Notes under the pieces: generated by a model
Told to the model about the DNA's origin: nothing
Database searches by the model: none
The model's input: the letters and a program-made list of their open reading frames with translations, nothing else
Virus record (IMG/VR): IMGVR_UViG_3300031555_004524
Span: 64,001-128,000 of that record
DNA from: a virus
Lineage: Duplodnaviria; Caudoviricetes
Reading direction: 5' to 3' (one strand)
DNA: 64,000 nt
Shown here: one piece after another, positions 31,392 to 41,490 of the stretch
Numbering within the stretch: position 1 is the stretch's first letter
How the letters are laid out: each line of letters opens with the position of its first letter
Program-made: the position numbers and the translations under genes

Positions 31392-31618
31392 CTATCAGTT
31401 TCAATAAATTCTATATTCTCTAAATTAGGATTGATTTCTTTAAGTTTTTCTCGATATTTATTTATCAATTCTCCACCCCTGCCAATCATATATCCTGGTT
31501 TATCGGTACAAATTTTAATTGTTTTTCTAAAGTTAGGATACACTCCAACAAGAATAATACTTTCAACTCCTGCTTCTGTTTTCCACTGTTTAATAATATT
31601 TGCTATTTCTTTTCTCAT
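31376..31618 (-). CDS. Stand-alone KH-domain protein resembling ribosomal protein S3 KH
   Basis: IKICTDKPGYMIGRGGELINKYREKL versus S3 IHTARPGxVIGKGGxxIEKLR; GxxG loop intact. Confidence 0.65.
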   Translation of the reverse strand: MRKEIANIIKQWKTEAGVESIILVGVYPNFRKTIKICTDKPGYMIGRGGELINKYREKLKEINPNLENIEFIETDSWFIR

Positions 31619-32186
31619 ATCCGTTTACCATTTTTAACCTTTCTATTCTTTTCTTGAATTCTGTTTTTGCCACGTATGAGATATCAGTATTTCTACGTAC
31701 CCACTCATAACCTTTTATCAAAATATCAGTTCCAATCTTTCTGCTAGCATAATCATCAGCTTCATATTCCATAATAGGAACATTAAACAATGTCCGTCTT
31801 ATAGCATCTTTTTTAGCTTGATTTGTACTATAATTGTCAATATGACCAGAATTAATATGTCCGATTTCATGACTTATCATTGCAGCTTTTACATAATCTG
31901 GCATATTAGATAAGAATCTATCTATACAAATAACATAAACCCAATTATCATTGCCAATGAGATTAAATCTTGCTACTGCTGCTAAAAGTAATCCGTTTAT
32001 ATGAAGATAGTGATCATCTTCAACAATTAATATCGATTTACCATTATCTGCTAAGCCAATATCATAGAAGTTTCCATCATCAAAATGCACAAATGTTCCA
32101 CATAATGGACCTTCCATTTTTAATTTACCAGAAGATAATTTAAAAACTTCCGTTCGTAATTCTCTCATAATTTTCATTTTTTCCAT
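31590..32186 (-). CDS. M48-like zinc metallopeptidase
   Basis: AMISHEIGH (HExxH) and EYEADDYA. Confidence 0.7.
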   Translation of the reverse strand: MEKMKIMRELRTEVFKLSSGKLKMEGPLCGTFVHFDDGNFYDIGLADNGKSILIVEDDHYLHINGLLLAAVARFNLIGNDNWVYVICIDRFLSNMPDYVKAAMISHEIGHINSGHIDNYSTNQAKKDAIRRTLFNVPIMEYEADDYASRKIGTDILIKGYEWVRRNTDISYVAKTEFKKRIERLKMVNGYEKRNSKYY

Positions 32187-32241
32187 AATATATTTCTCCT
32201 TTTCGCAATATATAATATAAGTTTTAAAAATAAATTTTAAG

Positions 32242-32505
32242 TTATTTAGATATCATACCCAAACTAGCTAATAAAAATATTATAAGTATGGTTGCAATTT
32301 CAATATACTTATCAATTTTAATCCATTTGTGATAATTATAAGTATTATACATTCCATAATATTTTCTCATAAATAATAAAACTAATGTGCAGGCTGATAT
32401 CAATCCTATGATAATAAATAAAATAATTGAAATCATATTTTCATAAATAATTTCTTCCTTTCTCTCAAATAGTTTATTATATTCACTATAATAATATATT
32501 ACCAA
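32242..32505 (-). CDS. Small membrane protein
   Basis: Two hydrophobic segments. Confidence 0.45.
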   Translation of the reverse strand: MVIYYYSEYNKLFERKEEIIYENMISIILFIIIGLISACTLVLLFMRKYYGMYNTYNYHKWIKIDKYIEIATILIIFLLASLGMISK

Positions 32506-32570
32506 TTTAATATAATTTTACAAAAAAAGAAAGATATCGAGTATTCCTATATCTTTCTTATTATGCAATA

Positions 32571-33635
32571 TCATGAAGTTTTGACTTTATATGTTTTTGG
32601 GGCTGGATCTTTGATAAGTCTAGCTGGACCTTTCTTGTATGGATTAATGTATACAGTTTTTCCGTTTTTATAATGACGCATATGTCCAGATACACCCCAC
32701 ACATCTATTCGTCTAAACATAATAACACCTTTATTTATTCGTATTTTGGAATTCTTCCCTTTTCTGATTTTAATAGCATCAATTATCACTTCTTTCCGTC
32801 TACGCGATTCATTAGGATCTATACATTGTATTACTTCCATTTTATTATTTGGATCAGCATTATAAGATTTATATTTCAATCTCTGTTCCTCTAATAATAT
32901 ATTTGTCGTAATTGTACCTCTTATTACTAATTCATAAATATATTCAACAATATTACAATCCTTATCGATACCTATACCACTACCGAGATTGTAACATTTG
33001 TTCTTTAATATACTAAATTCACTATTTTGATATTCATAAACCTTTTTATATAGTTCATATTCGGTATCAGTTAATATAGATTTTACATCACATGATGAAT
33101 TGAACCTATCAAAACCAGTTCTAGGACGCGACATTTCTATCTCAATATGATCATGATAATATTTATGCTGTATTATAAAATCTATAAGCTTAATAAACGT
33201 AGATGTATTTGAAATTAATTTATATGCATCAATTCTCAAAGTTAATATATGATTATTAATATCCAATCTTAATATTCTAAAATATGCATAAATGCTACCA
33301 GTTTTATCATATCCTTTAATAACACCCTTATTTATAAATGGTATATGATATTTAAAACTACTTATAGTGTCTATATTATGTATATATGCCATCTTAATAA
33401 GCTTAAACATTTCTTCACGATTAGCACCAATTTCAATGCGATCAATATCTTCTATTTCTTTAAAAGACATAAATTTTCCAGTAGATATTAACTCATTACA
33501 TAATTTGCTATATATCTCATTAATATCATCTGAAATTTTATCTTCATTAATATCTTTTTCAGACTTTATATCATCATCTACTGATGATTCTTCTTTGGCT
33601 AATTTTATTCGATTCATAATATTATATGTAACCAT
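32571..33635 (-). CDS. Hypothetical phage protein with C-terminal VxGHxRxYxxGKxVxIxPYxKG motif
   Basis: WGVSGHMRHYKNGKTVYINPYKKGP basic motif common in phage proteins. Confidence 0.55.
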   Translation of the reverse strand: MVTYNIMNRIKLAKEESSVDDDIKSEKDINEDKISDDINEIYSKLCNELISTGKFMSFKEIEDIDRIEIGANREEMFKLIKMAYIHNIDTISSFKYHIPFINKGVIKGYDKTGSIYAYFRILRLDINNHILTLRIDAYKLISNTSTFIKLIDFIIQHKYYHDHIEIEMSRPRTGFDRFNSSCDVKSILTDTEYELYKKVYEYQNSEFSILKNKCYNLGSGIGIDKDCNIVEYIYELVIRGTITTNILLEEQRLKYKSYNADPNNKMEVIQCIDPNESRRRKEVIIDAIKIRKGKNSKIRINKGVIMFRRIDVWGVSGHMRHYKNGKTVYINPYKKGPARLIKDPAPKTYKVKTS

Positions 33636-33703
33636 ACTACCCCTTTATAAATTATAAAAATAAGAGTATAGGAGAATATCCTATACTCTCATATTATTAA
33701 TTT

Positions 33704-34981
33704 TTATTCTACTACAGATTTATTTTCATCTTCAATATTCTTTAAGATAATACTCTGAAGTTTGGACTGATTAATTGGCACATTCTTTAAATCTACATCT
33801 GTAGATGGGTCATCTATGATAGACTGAAGAATCTGTTTAATTTTCTTATCTTCAAATCCGAATGATGCACACATATCATAAGCTCTCTGATAATAGATTC
33901 CCTTAACAGATACAGAACAGTCAAATCTACCTTCTCTGAGAAGTGCATCGTCTAGTCTATCTGGATAGTTTGTTGTAGCTACAAAGATAACATTTGTTGG
34001 AGATGAATTTGAATCTAAGAACTGAAGAAGTTTATTTAATCTAGCTTTCTCTTCTTTACTCATTTCTTCACCATCATTACGATTACCAACAATACAGTCA
34101 ATATCTTCTAATACAATCACATATCTAAAATCATCTGCATTGATCGTATCTGTAAACTCTGCAGTTTTTAATGTATCAAATGTGGACATATCTACAACCA
34201 TCATATTGCAGCTGCAATATGTAGCTATTGCTGTAGCTAAAGAAGTTTTACCTGTTCCTGGTTCTCCTTTTAATAAGATACCTGTTTTATAAATAAGATC
34301 TCGTTCTTTATATATTTCTTCATGTGATAAGAACTTATCAATATGCTCCGTAACAGTTTCTACAACGCCTGGTTCTAAGAAAATTGTTTCCATTCTACGA
34401 GTATTCATTCTAGATGCTACTGATCTGAAATTTTCATGCGAATCTTTTTCACCACCGCTAATTTTATAACATGTAAGATCAGCATTTTTCATCTGCATAA
34501 TTTTCTCTAACTGTCTGTAATATTTGTATGCATGTTTACCACAGATATAGATATAATAATTTGAATAGCTATTATATTCCTGATACCCACCATTAGTATG
34601 ATTACTCTTCATAAGAACTTCTTTATCAGACATCATCTTAGCAATCTGATTTCCTGTTCTAACGATCATAAATGTCTGTTTGTCTAATCCAATATATAAC
34701 TCCTTATTTTCGAGATATTCTCTCTTATCTCTAACTGTAATATGTTTATTGTAGTTTTTATCATATTTCTTAATGAATTCTAATATAGCCATATGTTTAT
34801 AATCAGGTAATGGACCTGTAGTTAATTCTACGCCAAAATGCGATTTAGCTGCAATTATTGATTTATCAATAAGATTGTCGATAAATCTATCGATTATTTT
34901 AAATGATCTAGTTTGTACACCAGATCTTGCTGCATCATATCCTCTGTTTAAAAAATTCATTTTGTTAATTGTGTTATTCAT
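33704..34981 (-). CDS. AAA+ ATPase (BCS1-like)
   Basis: GILLKGEPGTGKTS, VLEDID, TTNYPDRLDDALLREGRFD. Confidence 0.85.
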   Translation of the reverse strand: MNNTINKMNFLNRGYDAARSGVQTRSFKIIDRFIDNLIDKSIIAAKSHFGVELTTGPLPDYKHMAILEFIKKYDKNYNKHITVRDKREYLENKELYIGLDKQTFMIVRTGNQIAKMMSDKEVLMKSNHTNGGYQEYNSYSNYYIYICGKHAYKYYRQLEKIMQMKNADLTCYKISGGEKDSHENFRSVASRMNTRRMETIFLEPGVVETVTEHIDKFLSHEEIYKERDLIYKTGILLKGEPGTGKTSLATAIATYCSCNMMVVDMSTFDTLKTAEFTDTINADDFRYVIVLEDIDCIVGNRNDGEEMSKEEKARLNKLLQFLDSNSSPTNVIFVATTNYPDRLDDALLREGRFDCSVSVKGIYYQRAYDMCASFGFEDKKIKQILQSIIDDPSTDVDLKNVPINQSKLQSIILKNIEDENKSVVE

Positions 34982-35068
34982 TTTTGTACTCTCCTTTTTT
35001 AATTATAGTATAATATATAGAGAAGAGAACTTATCACAGTCCTCTTCTCATTTTTATAATATATCATT

Positions 35069-36091
35069 CTAGTCTACTTTATAAAATAAAAATTCTGGTA
35101 TATTAAATCCTGCGGCTCCTGGATGTCCACCTCCACCAAAACTTTCAGCAATTTTATTAACCTGTATGTCTTGATTAGCTGTATATAATGAGTACTTAAA
35201 TTTATCGCCAGTAAATCTAAATACACATAATATATCATACTCATTTATTTTATCCCCAAATAATAAAGATGAGAATGTAGAACTATTACAAGCCAATACA
35301 GAATACTGTTCATATCCAGGAATAGTACATTCAAATGCACTTTTCAATTCTATTCTATTTCTTTTTTCATCAAATGGTTTAACAGTCATACCTGTTGAAA
35401 GAATTCTATCAAGCAATTCATATCCACGATCAGTAGCTGTTTCTGAATAAATATATCTAATAGCATTCTGTATAAAGTCTTTAGAATCATATGATAAATT
35501 TAAACCAGTATGGAATATTTTTGTATGTTCGAAATTATGCTTCCAACAATCATAATCATCAATATACTTTAATACGATAGGAGTATTATCATAATAACTA
35601 TCAATAATATCTGCCAAGTGCTCGCCTGTTTTTATAATATCACTATTTGGCTTATTGGTCATAAAATTTTCTAATATGTACCAATATGATAACATTGCTC
35701 CGCAATATTTAGTTGAAATTGCACCTTCAATATTTCTCATCCATCTATTTTCTAAAATTTGTATAGTATCTACAGAAGATGCATGATGGTCAATCCATAT
35801 TAATCTACATTTTATATTATCTATCAAATGTTTAAAAAATGCAATATTTTCAATAGCTTTATTAGATAAGGAATAGTCTACGAAAATAACAATATCATTT
35901 TCAGTTATATTGTTTAATATAGATATTTTATCTAGCTGCATTTCGTAATTTAATTCTACACAATTAATATTCAGCATGCCAGAATATTTATACATTCTTG
36001 CTACTGTTCCGAAGTAATATTTAAATATACTTCCTGCCATAATCCCATCATCGTCATCATGATGACAAATATAAATATTTTTATCAATCAT
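35069..36091 (-). CDS. DHH/DHHA1 family phosphoesterase
   Basis: HDDDDG, FVDYS, IDHH, GGGGHPGAAGF. Confidence 0.88.
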   Translation of the reverse strand: MIDKNIYICHHDDDDGIMAGSIFKYYFGTVARMYKYSGMLNINCVELNYEMQLDKISILNNITENDIVIFVDYSLSNKAIENIAFFKHLIDNIKCRLIWIDHHASSVDTIQILENRWMRNIEGAISTKYCGAMLSYWYILENFMTNKPNSDIIKTGEHLADIIDSYYDNTPIVLKYIDDYDCWKHNFEHTKIFHTGLNLSYDSKDFIQNAIRYIYSETATDRGYELLDRILSTGMTVKPFDEKRNRIELKSAFECTIPGYEQYSVLACNSSTFSSLLFGDKINEYDILCVFRFTGDKFKYSLYTANQDIQVNKIAESFGGGGHPGAAGFNIPEFLFYKVD

Positions 36092-36109
36092 TTACGTTAT
36101 ATCCTCCAT

Positions 36110-36520
36110 TTATTTTATATTTATAGTTTGTGCAACTATATCAAACGCTATTATTAAATTAATATGATATTTTTTATTATTATATTTTTGCAATGCATTG
36201 GGAATCACCAATGCCCGCAATACTGCTTCAACTTTAATATTATCAGTATTAATAAATTTTTGTAACAGTTTACCATTATCATTATCGTCAATGCTTACTT
36301 TGATTTTATCATCAAAAATTTCCAATATAGTGCAACACGTATTTGTCGGGTCTATATAAAAATAATTTGACGGGTCTCTTTTTTCTTCAAAGAATTCACA
36401 CTTAAATTGCCCATCTTTTAATAATCTTTGTATTCTCTCTCTTTCAATAGCACGTCTATATGAATCAAGTGTATAGTTAGCTTCTATTGCATTTTCATGT
36501 CGTTGAATATAGCATTCCAT
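36110..36520 (-). CDS. Hypothetical protein
   Basis: RBS AGGAGG. Confidence 0.5.
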   Translation of the reverse strand: MECYIQRHENAIEANYTLDSYRRAIERERIQRLLKDGQFKCEFFEEKRDPSNYFYIDPTNTCCTILEIFDDKIKVSIDDNDNGKLLQKFINTDNIKVEAVLRALVIPNALQKYNNKKYHINLIIAFDIVAQTINIK

Positions 36521-36574
36521 GACTACCTCCTCTTATATTATGTATTATATAGAAGTAAGTGTACTAATAAATAT

Positions 36575-36979
36575 TTAAATAATATCCCACTCTTCAGAAC
36601 TATTCATATACTCTTCTAATAATTTATCGTTTTTATTTATTCTCATCGTATCATCTATATTATATACACGTTTTGAAATATATTCCAATGAGAGATATCG
36701 TCCTTCTTCAGTATTTCTCTCTAATGGTGTAACATGTTCTAATGTATATAATGATACAACATATGCATTATTATTAGAATTCAAATCACAATCTTTATCT
36801 AAATATATATTTTTTAACACTTTTAGCATTTCACTAAAACTATAATATATTGATTTGTACGAATCTAGATGTATATTAAATTTATCTAGAGATGAATCTT
36901 CTATAGTATTAACTTTTCTTGAAATTGATTCTATATTATCACTAAATATAGAAATACGCATATCATACAAAAATGGCAT
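36575..36979 (-). CDS. Hypothetical protein
   Basis: RBS GAGGTG. Confidence 0.5.
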   Translation of the reverse strand: MPFLYDMRISIFSDNIESISRKVNTIEDSSLDKFNIHLDSYKSIYYSFSEMLKVLKNIYLDKDCDLNSNNNAYVVSLYTLEHVTPLERNTEEGRYLSLEYISKRVYNIDDTMRINKNDKLLEEYMNSSEEWDII

Positions 36980-37067
36980 TTATATCACCTCAAAAAATAT
37001 CTTTATTATATTATTAAAACAATAAAAAATAAATAGATGGTATGTATAAATTACCATCTATTTATTT

Positions 37068-38514
37068 TTAATATCTTTTCCTTTGCATTCCAATTTTTCT
37101 TTTATTTTTAGTTACATAAGCTAACGTTCTACTTTTTCTAGTTGATATTGTATATATACTATCAGATTCATATTCAATATTACCACTAATACTATATACA
37201 GATCCATCTGAAAAGAATATATCCATTATACTATCTATAACTAATGTAGCATTTATGGGATGACTAATTTTAGTTAGTTCTCCAATATCCAATTCTTCAT
37301 ATGATTTATATTCCAATGTATTGGGGTTATATCTATTATTATCATACATCATAAATCACCACACTTCTGCTATATTAGGTTGTATAATTGTATTGTCCAA
37401 ATCATTTATATCTAATATTCTGGAAACATAAATCCATTTTGATTTGGAAATAGCAATTGCATTATTAACAGTTGGTAATCGTTTATCTTCTATCTCAGTA
37501 TATGCATATACAAAACTTCCTATCCTAGTTGTTACTGAATCTATTGGTAATGTGCATCCCGAACATAAACCAATAAGTCTATAAGTTGTGAATGCTTTTA
37601 TCGGTTTAGCCATAACTATCACCCCCATAATCGTCTAGATAATTGACGTATTCTTGATACAATCTTTATATCATGTAAATATTTTGGTACTATCATACTA
37701 TTATAATATACCATAACGACGTTTAATGTATTATATATAGGTAACGACTCATGTGATCTAAGAGATTCAGAATACATAATATCAGATTATCATTTATTGA
37801 AGGGGATTGATGTTTATCTCTATACGATATATCCAATATAGATAAATTAGATTTACTATAAGCTTTTATATTTCTAGTAACTACAATATTCATGTTTTTT
37901 ATTACCTCCATCTAATACATACTTTGTACTGATATATTTGGCATGTAATTGCGCATAGAACGATTAAATATACTTTTATCTTTAGACATTTGAACTAAAT
38001 TTCCTCTCTCTAATTGCTGATAATATGATTCGATTCCAATATCAGGATACACAAAATCTTCAAAATATGGTACATCGGATGCTCCAGTATATGATACATA
38101 TTCTATACTACATCCAATACCATAAATACATTTTGAAAAAGGTTCTGCATGGGTTCGTCGCACACTCCCGCTAAACGAATACACCCATTTGCTAGCCCTA
38201 TCGATAGTTGTAAATTTTTGCATATTGTTTCCTTTCTATATAGTTATATTTACACATGATCTAACACGCACCATAAAGACAATATTTATTTCAGATACTG
38301 GTTCAGTATAATATTCTATATCAAAAACTGCATCTTCATCATCGTTAATATGAATATATTCATCCATATTAACATGCTTATACGTATATTTATTAATAGG
38401 TTTTTCCAAATTCATCGCAGATATAGGATAACTTTCTATACAATTCACACACATATCTTTTATAATAGATGACGACTCGCATATATTTTTACCATCATAA
38501 GTACCTATGTTCAT
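37068..38514 (-). other. Cluster of five small hypothetical ORFs
   Basis: Tightly packed minus-strand ORFs 37068-37352, 37356-37628, 37723-37911, 37912-38223 and 38236-38514; no motifs recognised. Confidence 0.4.
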
Positions 38515-38589
38515 TATTTATCCTCCTACAATTTCATATATTGAGTACAATAAATCCCATATGGAATTTCTTCCATATGGGCAATTTAT

Positions 38590-40971
38590 CTATTTTATTG
38601 TGCATTTTACTATCATATCGCCTTTTGTAGATAAAATCTTTGATCCAGACGAGATACTTGATCCTCTTGGAATGTCTGATACTGGAATTTCAAATTTGTT
38701 CATCTTTGTAACAATATTAAGAATATTCTTATCATTTACTCCAAATATAGTTTTAATCTTATCTGTTTTTCCTAATTTAATTACAGATGATCCAGCCTTA
38801 TATCTATTAGATCTTTGCAATCCAGATATATTAAATCTATTAGCTTTACCTGATTCTGTCAATACAATTATATCTGTAGCATCTGGTAATATTACACTGA
38901 TACCATCTATAGTTTGACCTTCTTGCAACGCCATTGCTGATACTCCTATTGTATTTCTTCTATACTTAGGAATATCTTTCATATTAATTCTTAATGCTCT
39001 TCTATCACTATATATAATCACATCAAGATTATCATTCAATCCTAATACTTCCTTTACAGTATCACCAGGATTTAATTTTGTATATATTATTCCTGATGGT
39101 GGCACTGTAATAAAATCATTAAGATCCATTTTCTTGATACAGTTATTTGATGTAACCACTATAATATAGTGAGGTGATACCAATTTAGAAAAATCTTTCA
39201 ATATAGGTTCGTACATAACAGCCGCTATTTCAGAAGTTAATCCTTTTAATAGCATTCTTATATCTGCACCTGTAGTGTTTCTCTCCGTTATTGGTATTCT
39301 ATGAACTGGCAATTTAAATACCTTTCCTTGAGCAGAGAATAATAAAATATTTTCAGTATTCTCTACATTTAATACAAACTTTGGAGAATCTCCTCTGTAT
39401 GCACCAACTGGTTCATTCTGAGGCAATTTCTTAATATAGTTATTTTCTGTAACTACTATTGTAAAATTACCCTGTGGAATTGCTGATGTATCATTCATAC
39501 TAATAAGTTTGCACATTCTAGGTTTTCCATATTTCTTTTTGATAACTTCTAATTCTTCAATAATATCTTTAAGAATTAATTCATCATGAATAATATGATC
39601 TTCATGATATTTAATAATTTCTAATAACTTTTCTATTCTAGCTTTATATCTATTAAGGTTAGCAATAGATAATCTCTTAACTTTCTGCTCTATAATAAAT
39701 TTAGCTTGAACGTCAGTTATCTTAGCATGCTTAACAATATACTCAATAATAACACTATCATCTAAAGTATTTTGTTTAGTAATCATGTTAATAATTTCAT
39801 GAATATAACCAGACTCCATAACCTTAACATAAGCATCTAATTTATGGAATTCAGTTTTAGCATCCTGTTGCTCTATACAATGCATTCTAAATTTAGTTTT
39901 CTTTCGCTCTTCAATAAAGAATTCTAAATATGATTTATATGACATTCTTACAACTTCTGTATCTACCAAAACTTCAAAGTTTACAGTATACGTAGATTGT
40001 AATTGTGTATTTCTATATAATACATCTCTAACAAAATTAGGATCAGATCCAGGTTTCAAATAAATAAGACATCTCATATTTGAACCTTTTGAGTCTTCTT
40101 CTAATTTCACTACTTGTGGAAGTTTACCTTCTTTAACCATTTCTAATATACTATATTTAACACCACCTTTTTCTGGTGATCCTTTATCATAGTATACTCG
40201 TTCTGGTGTGGATTTAACAACAAGTCTATGTTTTCCTTTAGCATATTCCTCTATATCTATTATAGCTCTTGCTACATATTTTCCAGAACCTTTATTACAA
40301 ATAGATTTCCAGTTCGTATCTACAATCTCACAAGACATGCAATGATCTGGAACTAATACTACTTGAGATTTTGGATTCTTAATTAAATTTATAGTTGCAT
40401 CAATAACTTCAGCTAAATTATGTTTTGGAATATCTGTTCTCATACCAATTCCAATACCCCATGAACCATTAATAAGTAACCATGGGACTGCTACTGGAAA
40501 ACAATCAGGTTCTTTGGATCTGTTATTAAAAGTTGAAGACCAATCCACAACTGCTTTTGTTTTTCTCATATCAGATATGATACAATCCAATGCAAATTCT
40601 GATAGCATTATTTCAGTATATCGCATATGTGCTGCACCAGCACCCTGCATATTACCCATATTACTTTCTGAATATATTAATGGCTCCTTATATGACCACC
40701 ATTGAGACATTGGGGTGATGGCATCTGCTACGGCATCCGATGAATGAGGATGAGATCTACCTATTACGTCACCTACAACTTCAGCTGTTTTAACAAGCAT
40801 ATCAGAACATGGTTTTTGATTAAACATTGTATCTAATATACGTCGGTTTACACGTTTTAATCCATCTCTCGCATCAGGTGTTGTTCGTTTTCTATTTGCT
40901 TCTATAGAATACAATATAATATTATTTTTATATTGATCTCCTGCATCTTTTTGAATAATTATTTCGGACAT
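38590..40971 (-). CDS. gyrA: Type IIA topoisomerase subunit A (GyrA/ParC-like)
   Basis: PDARDGLKRVNRR, HPH, catalytic AAHMRYTE, LINGSWGIGIG, C-terminal pinwheel repeats. Confidence 0.9.
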   Translation of the reverse strand: MSEIIIQKDAGDQYKNNIILYSIEANRKRTTPDARDGLKRVNRRILDTMFNQKPCSDMLVKTAEVVGDVIGRSHPHSSDAVADAITPMSQWWSYKEPLIYSESNMGNMQGAGAAHMRYTEIMLSEFALDCIISDMRKTKAVVDWSSTFNNRSKEPDCFPVAVPWLLINGSWGIGIGMRTDIPKHNLAEVIDATINLIKNPKSQVVLVPDHCMSCEIVDTNWKSICNKGSGKYVARAIIDIEEYAKGKHRLVVKSTPERVYYDKGSPEKGGVKYSILEMVKEGKLPQVVKLEEDSKGSNMRCLIYLKPGSDPNFVRDVLYRNTQLQSTYTVNFEVLVDTEVVRMSYKSYLEFFIEERKKTKFRMHCIEQQDAKTEFHKLDAYVKVMESGYIHEIINMITKQNTLDDSVIIEYIVKHAKITDVQAKFIIEQKVKRLSIANLNRYKARIEKLLEIIKYHEDHIIHDELILKDIIEELEVIKKKYGKPRMCKLISMNDTSAIPQGNFTIVVTENNYIKKLPQNEPVGAYRGDSPKFVLNVENTENILLFSAQGKVFKLPVHRIPITERNTTGADIRMLLKGLTSEIAAVMYEPILKDFSKLVSPHYIIVVTSNNCIKKMDLNDFITVPPSGIIYTKLNPGDTVKEVLGLNDNLDVIIYSDRRALRINMKDIPKYRRNTIGVSAMALQEGQTIDGISVILPDATDIIVLTESGKANRFNISGLQRSNRYKAGSSVIKLGKTDKIKTIFGVNDKNILNIVTKMNKFEIPVSDIPRGSSISSGSKILSTKGDMIVKCTIK

Positions 40972-41065
40972 AAACTTTAGTTCCTCCTTATATAATCTTA
41001 ATATTAAGTTAAAAGGTAATTAATACGCTACCTTTTTTATCATAAGTATAATATATAATCAAGGA

Positions 41066-41109
41066 AAAAAATAAAATAGAGTAGAAATTAATCTACTCTA
41101 TTTTATTTT
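41066..41109. terminator. Bidirectional intrinsic terminator closing the downstream array
   Basis: AAAATAAAATAGAGTAGA-AATTAA-TCTACTCTATTTTATTTT inverted repeat. Confidence 0.75.
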
Positions 41110-41439
41110 AATTCATTTTCCAAAAATAACTATATTATCACATATAATTCATTTGTTATGATTAACTATATTTATTTGGTTAATTCATTTGTCGGTTTTA
41201 ACTATATTTTTAGCTTTAATTTATTTCATGTCAATAACTATATTAACTGACGTGATTCATTTATTGCAGGTAACTATATCAAATCGCATAATTCATTTAT
41301 CTGAAGTAACTATATTGCATTGCATAATTCATTTATCTTAAATAACTATATTGTGTATCATAATTCATTTATCTGAAATACTATATCTTCACTGGTAATT
41401 CTTTCCCCATTCTAACTATATTAGCATATATAAATCAAA
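41109..41439 (-). repeat. TIGR-like dual-repeat array, 9 units of 36 nt
   Basis: On the plus strand, TAATTCATT at 41109, 41145, 41181, 41217 (variant), 41253 (variant), 41289, 41325, 41361 alternates with TAACTATAT at 41127, 41163, 41199, 41235, 41271, 41307, 41343, each separated by a variable 9-nt spacer; the last units carry 1-nt deletions. Confidence 0.9.
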
Positions 41440-41490
41440 ATATATAAAATAAAGGATAAGATATTATCTTATCCTCTATAATATTATTAT

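Noticed and set aside
41109-41439. CRISPR array or simple tandem repeat
   Set aside because: Repeats and spacers are only 9 nt with two alternating repeat types, no cas genes are adjacent, and spacers vary while repeats are conserved.
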